64,000 nt of DNA. Source: Malacoraja senta (taxonomy: Eukaryota). This document shows, piece after piece, positions 38,285-51,409 of the stretch; the first letter of the stretch is position 1, and every line of letters starts with the position of its first letter. The notes below the pieces were generated by a model. The model made no database searches. It was not told the origin of the DNA and worked only from the letters and a program-made list of their open reading frames with translations. The stretch is taken from contig CM075988.1 in assembly GCA_038087875.1 (NCBI GenBank), forward strand, positions 14,944,001-15,008,000. Direction: 5' to 3'. The position numbers and the translations under genes are program-made.

Positions 38285-38980
38285 CCATTGTTTACCACAT
38301 TCGGTGCTCTCAACCCGCCCACCTTTACATCGGTAAGACCAAGCATAGACTAGGCGACTGTTTCACCGAACGCCTGCGCTTGGTCCGTCGAGGCCTGCAG
38401 GATATCTCGGTTGCTAGCCATTTTAAATCCCCTTCCCATTCCCATAATGACCTTCCTGTCCTGGGCCTCCATTGCCAGAGTGAAGCCACACGCAAACTGG
38501 AGGAACAGCTTGTACCTTACAACCTAATGATGGTATGAACTTTGAATTCTCCAATTTTAGTTCGCTAATCAACAAACACCCCGCCCCCCCGCCCATTTCC
38601 CCCCCCCACCGGATTTCCCCCCTCTCTTCCTTGTGCCCTAGCTGGATTTGCACCCATTTCCCCCCACAACCCCCCTCCCCTTTCCCTTCACCCTTCTCCT
38701 GTCACATTCCACCTATATCCCTCCCTCTTGTTTTACATGTCATGCCTCTTCTCTCATTAACTCACAGCCTTCTGTTTTATCATCTCTGGCCTATGACCGG
38801 CCATTGTCAAATTAAACCCCACTCACCAGTACCCACCTATCACTTGCCTGGCTTTGTCCCGCCTCAACCTCTCTTCCAGCTTTCCTCCCCTGACTATAAT
38901 CAATCTGAAGAAGGGCCCTTTTCATGTCCTCCGGAGATGCTGCCTGACCCACTAATTTATTCCGGCACTTTGTGCCTTTC
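38285..38980 (+). mobile_element. Penelope-like element 3' fragment: GIY-YIG endonuclease remnant, 3' UTR and pLTR
   Basis: Hand translation YHIRCSQPAHLYIGKTKHRLGDCFTERLRLVRRGLQDISVASHFKSPSHSHNDLPVLGLHCQSEATRKLEEQ matches the PLE GIY-YIG pattern. It is followed by ctgaagaaggg and gagatgctgcctgaccc pLTR sequence. Confidence 0.85.
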
Positions 38981-40029
38981 ATTATTTTAAAGAAATGAGT
39001 GTTTAGGAGTTCAGTGCAATGAACCCTCTCATTCATACACTGTCACATTTGGCCAACCAGTTACTGATTGAATATATTGACCCTCCTACAATCGTGCATA
39101 GTAATTTTATTACAAAATATTATAAAGGTTCTAGTTATTTTCTCACATTTCAGTCTTACTAATTGATTAGTAGCCGCCTTTTACAGTTTGTTGTGTGTCG
39201 ATACTGACAATGACATTTGTTTAGAATTCATTTCTGGCATTCTGGTTGAGTCTAATTTCTTGCATCATCTGCAATGTTGAAGCTTGCCCTGATCATTTGC
39301 AAAGTTAATGGTTGGTTGTTTAATTAGATTGTGAAGCTTCTTGGCCCATTGAGCTCTGTGGTGTATTGAATAGTCATCCGATGCATGTTGGTTTTATGGG
39401 GCTTGTTTTGTTTTATTTATTCACACTACATGATCATTGACCTAGACTTCAGTGCTCATGCCACTCATAAAACTGTTGAGGATATTTCAAAACTGATTAA
39501 ATAACTTGCAAAATATGTCAGCTGAACGATTACCTGTTTATTGAGGGAAAAGTCAAATCTTCATTATTCACGGAAGAGAAGGTTACACTTCATCCGATTG
39601 AATTGGGTGGGAGGGTTGGTGATCTGGGCTGGGATTCCTCAGTAACCAGGTACGGGGGAGGGGAAATAACCTGACACTGCCATTAAGCAATGGGAAGGTC
39701 ACCTGAGCTGCACCATGATGAATGATGGAGTCACCATCATCAGTCCTTATATTAGTAAAGCTGCTGCTAAGTTGTGTCATGTTTCGGAGTTTTAGTTTGG
39801 TAAGCCTGCTGATAGGACAAGGTAAATTATCTGAGATGGCTGATTGCCAAGGCAGTGATTTGTTTTACTGACTGAGGTGAGAGAAAGTAATGGTGGGTGT
39901 ACACTGTCAATGTTGCCATCGTGCTTTAGTGATGAATTACACATTCTCAGCCCTGAGCAACAATTTAGTCACACCAATCCTGGGCTTTGGTGACAGAGAG
40001 GGTTCCATGGTCAAGGTGGTTCAGATCAT

Positions 40030-42195
40030 CAGATTCAGATTCAGATTCAACTTTATTGTCATTGTGCAGTGTAGAGTACAGAGACAACGAAATGCAGTTA
40101 GCATCTCCCTAGAAGAGCGACATAAATATGAGCAGTAAATAAATCTATTTACGTGCATACAGTAATAGTATTTTTTCCTGGTGGGAGGAGTGTCCTGGGG
40201 GGGGGGGGGGTGATTGGCAGTCACCGAGGTACAGTGTTGAGTAGTGTAACAGCCACAGGGAAGAAGCTGTTCTTGGACCTGCTGGTCCGGCAATGGAGAG
40301 ACCTGTAGCGCCTCCCGGATGGTAGGAGGGTAAACAGTCTGTGGTTGGGGTGAGAGCAGTCCTTGGCGATGCTGAGCGCCCGTCGCAGACAACGCTTGCT
40401 TTGGACAGACTCAATGCAGGGGAGTGAGGAACCGGTGATGCGTTGGGCAATTTTCACCACCCTCTGCAGTGCTTTCCGGTCGGAGACAGAGCAGTTGCCA
40501 TACCATACTGTGATACAGTTGGTAAGGATGCTCTCGATGGTGCAGCGGTAGAAGTTCACCAGAATCTGAGGAGACAGATGGACCTTCTTTAGTCTCCTCA
40601 GGAAGAATAGACGCTGGTGAGCCTTCTTGACCAGAGTTGAGGTATTGTGGGTCCAAGAGAGGTCATCGGAGTTGTTGACCCCCAGGAACCTGAAACTGGA
40701 AACACGTTCCACCTCCGTCCCGTTAATGTGGATGGGGGTGTGCATGCCGCCCCTAGACTTCCTGAAGTCTACAATGAGCTCCTTGATATTCTTGGAGTTA
40801 AGGGCCAGGTTGTTGTCAGCGCACCATGCTGCTAGGAGCTGGACCTCCTCCCTATAGGCCGACTCATCGTTGTTGCTGATGAGGCCAATCACCGTTGTAT
40901 CATCTGCATACTTGATGATGGTGCTAGTACCATGTACAGGTGTGCAGTCGTAGGTGAAGAGGGAGTAGAGGAGGGGGCTCAGCACACAGCCCTGTGGAAC
41001 GCCGGTGTTCAGGGTGAGGGTTGAAGAGGTGTGCTTGTCTAACCTAACAGACTGGGGTCTGTTGGTTAGAAAGTCCAGTATCCAGTTGCAGAGGGAGGGG
41101 TCGATGCCCAGGTCACCGAGTTTGGTGATCAGTTTAGAGGGTATGATGGTGTTGAATGCTGAGCTGTAATCGATGAACAGCATTCTTACGTAAGTGTCTC
41201 TGTTGTCAAGGTGGGAGAGGGCGGAGTGAAGTGCCGTTGAGATGGCATCCTCCGTACTCCTGTTCTTGCGGTAGGCAAACTGATAGGGATCCAATGTGGT
41301 GGGTAGGCAGCCTTTGAGGTGTGCCAGGACCAGCCTCTCGAAGCACTTGGTGATGATGGGAGTAAGTGCAACTGGGCGGAAGTCATTAAGGCTCGCCGCT
41401 GTGGAGTGTTTTGGCACCGGCACGATGGAGGTGGTTTTAAGGCACGTGGGGACAACTGCTTGGGCAAGTGACAGGTTGAAGATGTCAGTCCAGACATCTG
41501 TCAGCTGCGCAGCACAGGCCCTGAAGACGCGCCCGGGAATGCCGTCAGGGCCAGCAGCCTTACGTGCATTAGCCTACTCAGTGCCACGTACACGTCGTAG
41601 GGGGTGAGTGTGAGGGGCTGGTGATCGGCAGGGAGCACCGCCTTGATGGCCATCTCTAGATTGTCCCTGTCAAAGCGGCCATAGAAGTGGTTAAGCTCCT
41701 CAAGGAAGGAGGCGTTGCTGGATGTGGGGGTGGTGTTGGTGGGTCTAAAGTCCGTGATGGCCTGGATGCCTTGCCACATGCGTCGGGGGTCGGAGTTGTT
41801 GTTGAAGTGCTCCTCAATCCTGAGCTTATGGCAGTGCTTGGCCTTCTTGATGCCCCTCTTCAGGTTAGCCCTGGATGAACTGTAGGCTCGGGCATCGCCT
41901 GACCTGAAAGCGGTGTCCCGTGCTTTCAGCAGTAGCCTGACCTCGCTGTTCATCCATGGCTTCTGATTCGGGAATATGGTCTCCCGTTTGAGGGAGGTGA
42001 CACTGTTGATGGTGGAGTTTATAAAGTCCAGAACAGAGGATGTATAGGAGTCAATGTCCGTGTGGGAGTCAAGGGTGGCCTGGGCTGCAACCGCCTTCCA
42101 GTCAGTGTTTCCAAAACACTGCTGAAGTGTGGAGTACTTTGGGAGCAGGAACAATGAGAGGTGATCAGACTGTCCAAGGTGGGGGAGGGGGATGT
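40030..42195 (-). mobile_element. Rex1/Babar LINE, 5'-truncated, young copy
   Basis: 400-aa RT ORF 40221-41423 ([38 protein letters not shown]-terminal RYRS..RTSR.KNSFFP). Frameshifted upstream part 41501-42154, endonuclease-end SDH motif near 42165, (TGAATC)n tail. Confidence 0.9.
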
Positions 42196-42209
42196 TGTGA
42201 CAGACCGAT

Positions 42210-42645
42210 GTGGCACAAAATCAGCTGGTCAGTGTGCGTTGTCTCCTCCGGGCTACCTACTCGTCTCCTCTCCCCTCCGTGTGATGCTACACCCAGGTTA
42301 CTGGGGGCATTCAGATCTGTATATATATATTTTTTTTAAGGGAAATATGCAAACATATAACACCAATGTAATACCATATCCATCTCCAATTAATTAACGG
42401 AGGGTCCGGTTTGGGGGGACTGCCGTGAGGGAAGGGGAGATCAATGAAAATGGAGGACCCGGAGTGGGGGGACCGTCGGGAGAAGGGGGGGAGAACAAAG
42501 GAGGAGCCGGCGGGGGTACTTTGTAACTTTGTCAGTGCCATTATGTGGCAACTATTTGCATACATTGGGTATGCAAGCAAAGAATTTCACTGTGCCATGT
42601 CACATGTGACAATAAACATTCCATTCTATTAGATTCCAATCCATT
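42210..42645 (+). mobile_element. SINE-like element with Rex1-type 3' tail
   Basis: aagaatttcactgtg...catgtgacaataaa(cattc)n tail; similar tails at about 16745, 21560, 47715 and 48120. Confidence 0.5.
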
Positions 42646-43748
42646 CTACTAATTAAAAGAAACTTGCTGATTTTCTTAGTTGAGTTTCCTTACACATTTG
42701 GGGCAATTTACAGAAGCCAATTAACCTACAAACCCGCACTACCTTGGGATGCGAGAGGAAACCAGAGCACCCGGAGAAACCCCACGCGGTCCCAAGAAGA
42801 ACGTACAAACTCCACACCAACAAGTCAGGATCATATGATGCCGTCTGTCGCTGTAAGGCAGTAACTACCGCTGTGCCACTGTGCTGAAATCTTTACATCG
42901 GTCTGTCACAACATCTTTCAAATGTGAGGGTGGTTTCCACTTGTGAAATGGATAACTCCTCGTGATTACTGGAGAGAGGAAGTGAGCTGCTCCTCAAGAC
43001 GGAATTAGTCAGTTTCTTCTGATCTTGAGATTATCTGTTTGCGATTCACTGGCAGTGGATGGTGTTTTGAGTATTCTGAAAACTGAGACATTTTGTGTGA
43101 TTCTTAGTGAACCACTCAGTGCTGTGATCATTGGATCCTTTCATCAGGGTTACTTCAAATGTCATGTCATACAGTTGCTTGCTTGCCTGTGTGGTTATTC
43201 TGCTTCACTAGTACAGGATCCCCTGGTACAATGGCACAGGGCAGAATTGTGTGTTTCCATTTTCATGCCCTTGTTTGGATTTGTCATGCTCACTTTGGCA
43301 TTTGTCTCATCTATCTCATGGGCTCTGTCATCACTCATCTTTCCACAACACATGTGCACACTTTAATGATCAGTTCTACATCCACAAAACCTGCCTTCCT
43401 GACACTTAATTATGTCCTTGTGTTGCTTGGAGCTCTGCAAACTGACTGGAAGAACAGTGCCCATGGGTGGTGCAGAGATGTGCGGTTGGCAGTATTCCTG
43501 TTGGCTAATGCTTTTGTTGCTCTGTGATTTCATAAAAAGCGATAGTTTTTGTTTGCTCCCATGATCTTCCTTTGGATTGACCAATGCAGATGATTGTCCT
43601 CATCACTCGTACAAAGCTCTGCCCTTCACCACTGACCAAAGGCTAGCAAGGTGTCATTTCACAATTTGTGAAGCATAGTTCATTGCTGTTGAACAATAGT
43701 CAGTCAGTCACTGTTTGCAGAACACCAAGCAACACAATGATACGATTA

Positions 43749-43979
43749 GGTAGACAAAAATGCTGGAGAAACTCAACGGGTGAGGCAGCATCTATGAGCG
43801 AAGGAAATAGGCAACGTTTCGGGTCGAAACCCTTCTTCAGACGTCCTCTCACATTGCCCCCCCCCCCCCCCTCTGTAATTCCCCCTTCCCTCCAACTCTA
43901 CGACTGCTGCCTCACCCGCTGAGATTCTCCAGCATTTTTGTCTACCTTCGATTTTCCAGCATCTGCAGTTCCTTCTTAA
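43749..43979. mobile_element. Penelope-like inverted pLTR pair, TSD-flanked
   Basis: 15-bp TSD ACAATGATACGATTA at 43734-43748 and 43980-43994. The arms are inverted copies (gtagacaaaaatgctggagaa... / ...ttctccagcatttttgtctac). Confidence 0.75.
43813..43840 (-). ncRNA. Minimal hammerhead ribozyme motif, intact core
   Basis: Minus strand CUGAAGA-A-GGGU UUCG ACCC-GAAA-CGUU. Confidence 0.75.
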
Positions 43980-45626
43980 ACAATGATACGATTAAGTGTT
44001 ATTGTGGCAGCTTTCCCGGATGTCGAACTAATCGGTTCTAAGTGGCGAATCTCTTGTGGTCACTGATTATTTCCAGCAAATATTCATCAGAACTTAGATC
44101 TGAAAAGTCATCGCTAACATTAACCCTAAGCACTTTGGGTAATACAGACATTTATATTGTTTCGTGTAGGAAGGAACTGCAGATGCTGGTTGATACCAAA
44201 GATAGACACAAAGTGCTGGAGTAACTCAGCGGGACAGGCAGCATCTCTGGATAGAAGGAATGGGTGATGTTTCATTCAGATTTGATAGTGTAGTCTCATG
44301 ACTTTTGTGTTCAACTAAACAATCTATTTCTGCTCCCACATCTTTTCATCTAACAGCTATTTACTTTTCACAATTCCTTGGTTGGTTGTAGTGAGCAATG
44401 TCTACACATTTCATTCATTTCACAAGATCTGAAATTGATGCTATCGCGAGACGGTGTTGTTTCTATGACGTTAACGTTTGGTACCTGTGTTGCCCTTTTT
44501 GCATGGTGGTTAAGTAGCACTTCTCTTTTCAGCTTTGATATTGTTTAATGTCACTGCCTGGGGCATTGCAGTCACTGTCCTTTGTGACGAGTGGGGTCCT
44601 TTGAAGGCACGGTGTAAGTGCCGTCTGTAATGTGAAGAGCTCATACTGTGTCAAAACTCATGAGGGTATCAGAACTGTTATATATAGACATAAAGTGCTG
44701 GAGTAACTTGGCTGGTCAGGCAGCATCTCTGGAGAAAAAGGATTGGTGATGTTTTGGGTCGGGACCCTTCTTAGAACTGTTACGTACTTTCACTTTTACC
44801 TGTGGTTGAATCATCCAGTTCATGTGGTAGATAAAACTGTGTATTTAGGGTCACAAGATTTATTATTGATCTCTGCACTGGTTTCACACTAGCTCCATGC
44901 TTTGATAAGTTTTGATGCAATGGATTTCCTGAATGACAAATATTAGCCAAGTAGCTGAGTTTGCCACTTGAGTTTCCTCTTAATTGGAGGTTCCACCTTG
45001 TGGGGACAAATGCCACTGGTTTGAGTTCCCATCATCTCCCTGCTGCTAACAATTTGGCTTTGTCGAATGTCATTCCTGAATTCTGTGCCTGGTAATATCT
45101 CACGGCTGTTTTATATCAAATGCCCTGTTCTTTCAAAGTGACAATGATATTGCTAATTCAAGGAGCTTGGGCAGCTTGTAACCTTTTTTCCAAGTGCTTT
45201 CTCTCCAAGTTGCTTTGATATGCATCTTAAATGATCCATCTTTCTAAGTCAAGATGTTTTAAAAATCAGATTTTGCAGCAGCTTGTCAACATTGCAACAT
45301 TGATCAGTTGTTTCTTTTGCTTCTTGCCTTGTACAAGATATCATTTATCTTGTATCACATTCTTGTGCGGAGTGAGATATGTGGTGGATGCATGTTTTGT
45401 TCCGAATGGTCATTAGTTGTCGATGACAATGACAATGGCTCATAAATATCCTGTATGAAAATTCTGTTGTAGTTCCAACGAACTTGCCAAAATCTGTCCC
45501 AAGACAGTGGAGAGCTGAGACTGCATGCTGCCTGCATGAGGTTAGGTGTAAATGTTGCCACTTTGATGCCATATCAACACATTGAGGACCCACAGACTGT
45601 AGTGTATACTGTGATTTAAACAGTTA

Positions 45627-47923
45627 AACCCCTGTCTCACTGTGCGAGCTGACCCACGAGGTACCCCGAGTTTAAAACAAATTTAACTCGTGGTAATCAC
45701 GTACAATTAACGCAGCGGGAACGTCGGAACTCGTGGACGCAACTTAGCGACTCTTGGCGCTAACGGCAGGTACCCGTGAAACTTGTTAACTCTTGAAAAA
45801 GTTCAAACATGTTTAAACTTTTCCACAGTAAAATGTACTCTTGAGGTTAAAATTTGAAACATTTAAACTCGTTGTAAGAACGTAGTGGCCCGTGCGTTTA
45901 CCTTTGTGACTCGTGAGTCTACCGTGGGAACTCTTTTTAGAAACAATAATCAGGGACAGAAATATCAGTTACTTGGATAAGTATGGATCAGTTAAGGAAC
46001 ACCAACATAGACTTTTTAAAGACAAATTCTGCTTAACAAAGTTAAGCAAGTTATTGATAAGGTGACAGTGTGGGTTGAAAAGAAAAAATTGCTTGAAGTT
46101 TATATATTGATTTTGTGTATTTGGGACTGAGCTCACAACCTTAAGACAAACCAGTATTGAGGAACAGCGTGAGAACATTTTATGACACTTCATGGGAGCC
46201 TAATCTGAGGTTTGCCAGTCACGTCCAGAAGCCATCTCTACCAGTGCTGTTGAAGAACACAGGGTTGTGTTCACCTCTCCTGCACCCCTGTTCCGTAGGA
46301 CAACACCAACTCTTTCATTATGCGGATGTTAAAGGCTGGGTTTTATTCTCAAGCCATGATGCCAGATTCCCGATCTCTTTACTGAACTTTACTGAATCAA
46401 AGGGTTCTATAGGAGGTGCTGCCTCAAAAAGGCAGCCAGCATTGTCATGGACCCACACTACCCTGGCCATGCTCTCATTTCATTCCTGCTGAGCAGAAGG
46501 TATAAGAATCTGAAAACCATGACCTCCAGGTTCAAGAACAGCTTCTTCCCAACAACCATCGGGCTCTTGAACGCTACAAATGCTAACTAAGCTATGAACT
46601 ACAAACTGCCTTGGTTGCACTAAGGACTGGGATTTTTGCAATAATACTGGATTTTTTAATATATATTTTCTTTGTTTAGTATATTATCTATGAGTATTGT
46701 GTTTACTGGCCTGTTATGCTGCTGCAAGTGGGAACTCTTTAACTCAGCAGGCAGGCAGCATCTCTGGAGAGAAGGAATGGGTGATGGGATGACATTTCCA
46801 AATTGTGAGGGGGGGGTGGAGGAGAGAGGGTGGAGAGTGGAGGGAGAGGAGGGGTAGACAGACGGGGGTGTCTTCATTCACTGGCTGCGGGTGCCTGTCA
46901 CTGAAACAGGTAGGTGAGATTTCACATCCACAATGTGTGTGTGTCTCTCTCTCCCTCCCTCCCTCTCACACAGGCGGAGAGACTCTGCCTCTGTGAGTGT
47001 ACGTCCCTTTCTCCCCCTCTCCCTGGGCTCTATACGCTCATTGTTTCCTATGAGAGACTTTGAAAAATAAGAATCACATTCCACACGTTGATTTTATGAC
47101 TTTTAATTCTTAACATGACCATAATCACAATCTTTTACCCGATGGCAAATAAGAACCCAAAGTGCAGTTTTAAAGTGCTAATGTTCCCGGGGAACATGAA
47201 ATATTGTTACACAAATTCTGAGATGTAATAATTGATTAGTGATAATGCCAGTAATATTGCGAGTGTCAACAGTATGTCGACCTCACAATATTACTGGTAT
47301 GATCACGAACCCGGAGACGACGGTATCCCGGCTGGAGTTGTACAACTTGGCACAGATTCATATCATGATCCTACCCCCCCCCCCCATCCCCCATAAACTG
47401 GGATGAGGCGGACATGGTATTGATATTGGGTTATTTTGCCACCTGAATGTTTGCGAGTTTTGAAATAAAGCCGTACATAAGTGCAACACGTCGGTATACA
47501 TTGTTGCCTCAAGATTAACGGGAGAGGAACTTGGTACCGCTGTCGTGCCGCTGCCGATCGGAACGCCTGTTGATGTTTAGTAGAGAGTAGAGTGTTAATT
47601 AATTTGTTCATGATATATGTATTTTTACTTCTATTTATTTTTTACTGCACATTGAAATGGACACTGGTTGAGGAATGTTTTTTTGTTTCCTCTGGGTATG
47701 TGAATACTCAGGAAATGACAATAAAGATATACAATACAATACAATACAATACACTCGGGAGACGAACTTGGAACATCGTAGAAATGAGAAGTAAATGGCA
47801 AACTTAGACATACCCGTGGGAACTCGGTTAAATTCTTGATCATAAACTTGGAGTCTCGTACGCAACCACGAGTCTTTCACTCGGGGTCACTCGTGCGTCA
47901 ACTCGCACAGTGAGACAGGGCTT
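45627..47923. mobile_element. Non-autonomous PIF/Harbinger-type DNA transposon, 2.3 kb, with nested retroelement fragments
   Basis: About 34-bp TIRs aacccctgtctcactgtgcgagctgacccacgag / ctcgtgcgtcaactcgcacagtgagacagggctt. TTA TSD at 45624-45626 and 47924-47926. Subterminal ACTCGTG-like repeats; no transposase ORF. Confidence 0.8.
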
Positions 47924-48989
47924 TTATTTTCAACATTGGGTGGTTTGAATGGACTAGGTATAATTAGATTAAGTGAGTATATTGGGTCAAGATGGAGCTG
48001 GAAACCTGGCGACTCTTGTGTACTGTCTAAATGTAATTTACTATCTTGCCCTCTTGTACTTAAGTATGATTGTGCCTCTGTACAGTAAGATTCTTACGAA
48101 ACTGTCTGCAAAAACAGATTATCACTGTGCCTAGGTACATGTGACAATAAAGTACCATGGAACCACGTGTCCCCTCAACAATTGCCGGGTTAAAAGCAGA
48201 CTGACTCCGTCACAGACACAAGACACAGGCGCAAGAAATCCTACATACTGAATTGAAAATTCACTTTCATTTTGAGTGAGGCTTACACATGCAAAATGTT
48301 CGTACTGACAGCTACTGTGTTCCCAGGTTTCTTTGTTTTGATCGCCAGTGTAAGCTGCAACTGTTAAGCCTTCATGTCTGTGTGGATTTATGTAGATTTA
48401 GTGCTTGCAAACAATGACCACGATTTTTATTGCCACATCAGAGCTATTGGAGACTGGGCATGCTCACAACTGTACACATTGACAAGCACATATTTGTGAA
48501 GCAAAAGGCCAAATTAAGATGCATTGTATTTATTTTACTTCAGTACAATCCAATAGGTAGATAATGTAATTGTTTTCATTGAAGCAAAAAAATCAATAAA
48601 TCAATTCACATTGATCCATTGACCTCATTTCGAGTAAAAGGTCAAATATCCAGAAATAGAGCAATATCTGGATATAATTTGAACAAACAAAATACACACA
48701 GTATTTTTTTAAAAGGAAACACGCCAAAATAGCAGAACAATAATAACATAACAATGAAGATTAACTATCTAACCACATTTGCAATCCCGTTTACAGAGCA
48801 GAGGAGAGCACAGCTGAGGAGCAAGCCTTAGCCTGCTATGTTTATTCTGCCAAGATTCTGCCCATCTCGTCACACTTGTCCAGATTAAACTCCATCTGCC
48901 ATTTCTCTGCCCAAATTTACAATTGATCTTTATTACACTTTTTGACAACCTTCCTCTCTATCCACAACTCACCAATTTTCATATTGGCT

Positions 48990-49260
48990 TTAAGAATAAG
49001 GAGTAAGCCATTTAGAACGGAGACGAGGAAACACTTTTTCTCACAGAGAGTGGTGAGTCTGTGGAATTCTCTGCCTCAGAGGGCGGTGGAGGCGGGTTCT
49101 CTGGATGCTTTCAAGAGAGAGCTCTTAAAAATAGAGGAGTCAGGGGATATGGGGAGAAGGCAGGAACGGGGTACTGATTGGGGATGATCAGCCATGATCA
49201 CATTGAATGGTATCGAAGGGCCGAATGGCCTACTCCTGCACCTATTGTCTATTGTCTATT
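48990..49260 (+). mobile_element. CR1 LINE 3' fragment
   Basis: FFSQRVVSLWNSLPQRAVEA and (TCTATTG)n tail; nested in an older minus-strand CR1. Confidence 0.8.
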
Positions 49261-49356
49261 GGCTGCAAACTTACTTATTAGACCACCTATATTTTCATCC
49301 AAATCATTAATATTACAAACAACAGAGGTCCCTGCACTGATACCAGAAAATAATCC

Positions 49357-49658
49357 AGAGATACAGTGCAGAAACAGACCATCCGGCCCACCAAATCCGC
49401 ACCGACCAGCGATCCCCACACACTAACACTATCCTACACACACTGGGGACAATTTACATTTATACCAAGTCAATTAACCTACAAACCTGCACTTCTTTGG
49501 AGTGTGGGAGGAACAAAGATCTCGGAGAAAACCCATGCAGTCACGGGGAGAACTTACAAACTCCTTACAGACAGCACCCGTAGTCGGGATTGAACCTGGG
49601 TCTCCGGAGCTGTAAGCACTGTAAGGCAGCAACTCTACTGCTGTGCCACCATGCCGCC
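49357..49658 (-). mobile_element. tRNA-derived SINE (HE1-like)
   Basis: Reverse complement of the same family. Confidence 0.85.
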
Positions 49659-49659
49659 C

Positions 49660-50520
49660 TATCTTTTCAGAAAACCATTGGTCACAGACATCGTCAGAAA
49701 AACACCCTCACTATTGCCCTTTGTCTTCTGTGACCAAGCTAATTTTATATCCAACTTCCTGTGGATCTCATTTGACTTCATCTTCTTGAGCAGCCTACCA
49801 TGAGGGACCTTATCAAATGTTTCACTGAAGTTCATGCTGACTACATCCATTGCCTTGTAGCCATGTAGTCATCCATTGACTACATCCATCGATCATCTTC
49901 CCCGCTCCTCAAAGAAACTCAAATCAAATATGTGAGATGATCCCCCGCCCCGCACAAACCCATGGTAACCCTCACTGATGTGTCCATGCTTTTCCAAATG
50001 CGAGTAATTCCTATGTCTAAGAATTTTCTCCATTAATTTCCCTATCAGGGATCTAAAGTTCACTGGTCTATAATTTCTTTGTTTGTCCCCGGTGTCCTTC
50101 TTGAGAAAAGGAACAATAAGGTCTATTTTCCAGTCCTCTGGGATCTTATATGTGGCTGAAGAGGATATGAAGATCTCTGTCAAAGCCCCAACAATTTCCC
50201 CCTTGCCTCCTGCAGTTTTCTGAGATAAATCTCACATGGTCCTCAAGACTTATCCACCTTATTTTATTCAAGACACCCAGCACCTCCCCCTCCTCAATAT
50301 ATCAACCTGCCCTGGAATATTACCATACCCCTCCCTTTATCTCACCATCATCCATGCAAATCCTATGCAAAATACTTTTTAAGGACGTCACCCACTCAAT
50401 GCATACATTCCCTCCCTTGCCCTTCAATGGACCTATCCTTTCCCTAGCTACCCTCTTTCTTCTAAAATACATATAAAATGCATTAATTTTCCTTAATACA
50501 ACTTGCCAAGGTCATCTCCT
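49660..50520 (-). mobile_element. Old CR1 LINE RT fragment
   Basis: IPEDWK...NYRPV...HGF and FDKVPHGRLL motifs. Confidence 0.8.
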
Positions 50521-50699
50521 AGCCCTATTATTTTTTTGGTTTGTTCTTTCTTGTATCATTTATCTGAATTCACCTTTCTAAAGCACCAGAAGCTCAGGGT
50601 CACCTTTGTAGACTGAATGGATGAGTCCACAGAACAGTCACTCAATCTGCACTTGGTTTCTTCAGCACAGAGAAGCAAATGCAATATGCAGCTTGGAAG

Positions 50700-50960
50700 G
50701 TGTGCCCACCACCCTCGGCAGATCATCCCCAGAGGTTCTGCCACCTTCAGTGAGATGCCAGCATTAGACACATCTTCTCCTCCCTTTCGCTTTCACCATT
50801 GCAAAGGGACTGCAACCTCCACAATTCCCTAGTTTTTCTATTCATCTCCTCCAACCATGTCCCTTCACGTGGTACTTCCATCTGTCAAGTTGAGAGATGT
50901 AAAGTTTGCCATTTTACCTCGTCCCTATCCACCATCTAGAGAACCAAACCACCCCTCCAG
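50700..50960 (+). mobile_element. Degenerate Penelope-like RT-EN linker fragment
   Basis: Decayed HLQxDxxxRHIF...RDxNLHNSLV...RCKxC-type linker motifs. Confidence 0.5.
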
Positions 50961-51409
50961 TCTTAAACTGCAGAGAGAACTTTAAATATGCTATGGGTTA
51001 AACAGTTTTATTCAAAATGATTGCTATTTCTTCATGTTGTACTGTTGTCATTTGTATAAAACTCAAATTGTTTTTTTTCCATTATTATCTGAAGTTGCAT
51101 TTGCGTTCAATTGCATATTTGAAAGCTTAAACCTGTGGACATCTGCACCTTGCATTGCCTTTCTATTATGTGTATACTTCAATTTCTGTTTCCTTCTTTC
51201 GTTCCATTATGGTGCATTACATCATGCTTATCTGCATTGAATTATATGTGCTGCTTCGGCCTTTTCCCCTTGCAGACCTATATCCTTGTGCTTGATAACA
51301 AGGACTAGTGTCTCTTGGCTGGTGTAGAATTTCATATCCTAAACAAGTGCTTTGGCAGGGTCCGACAAGAAAACACATTGTAAAATGATAACCATGACCT
51401 GAGAGCTCA

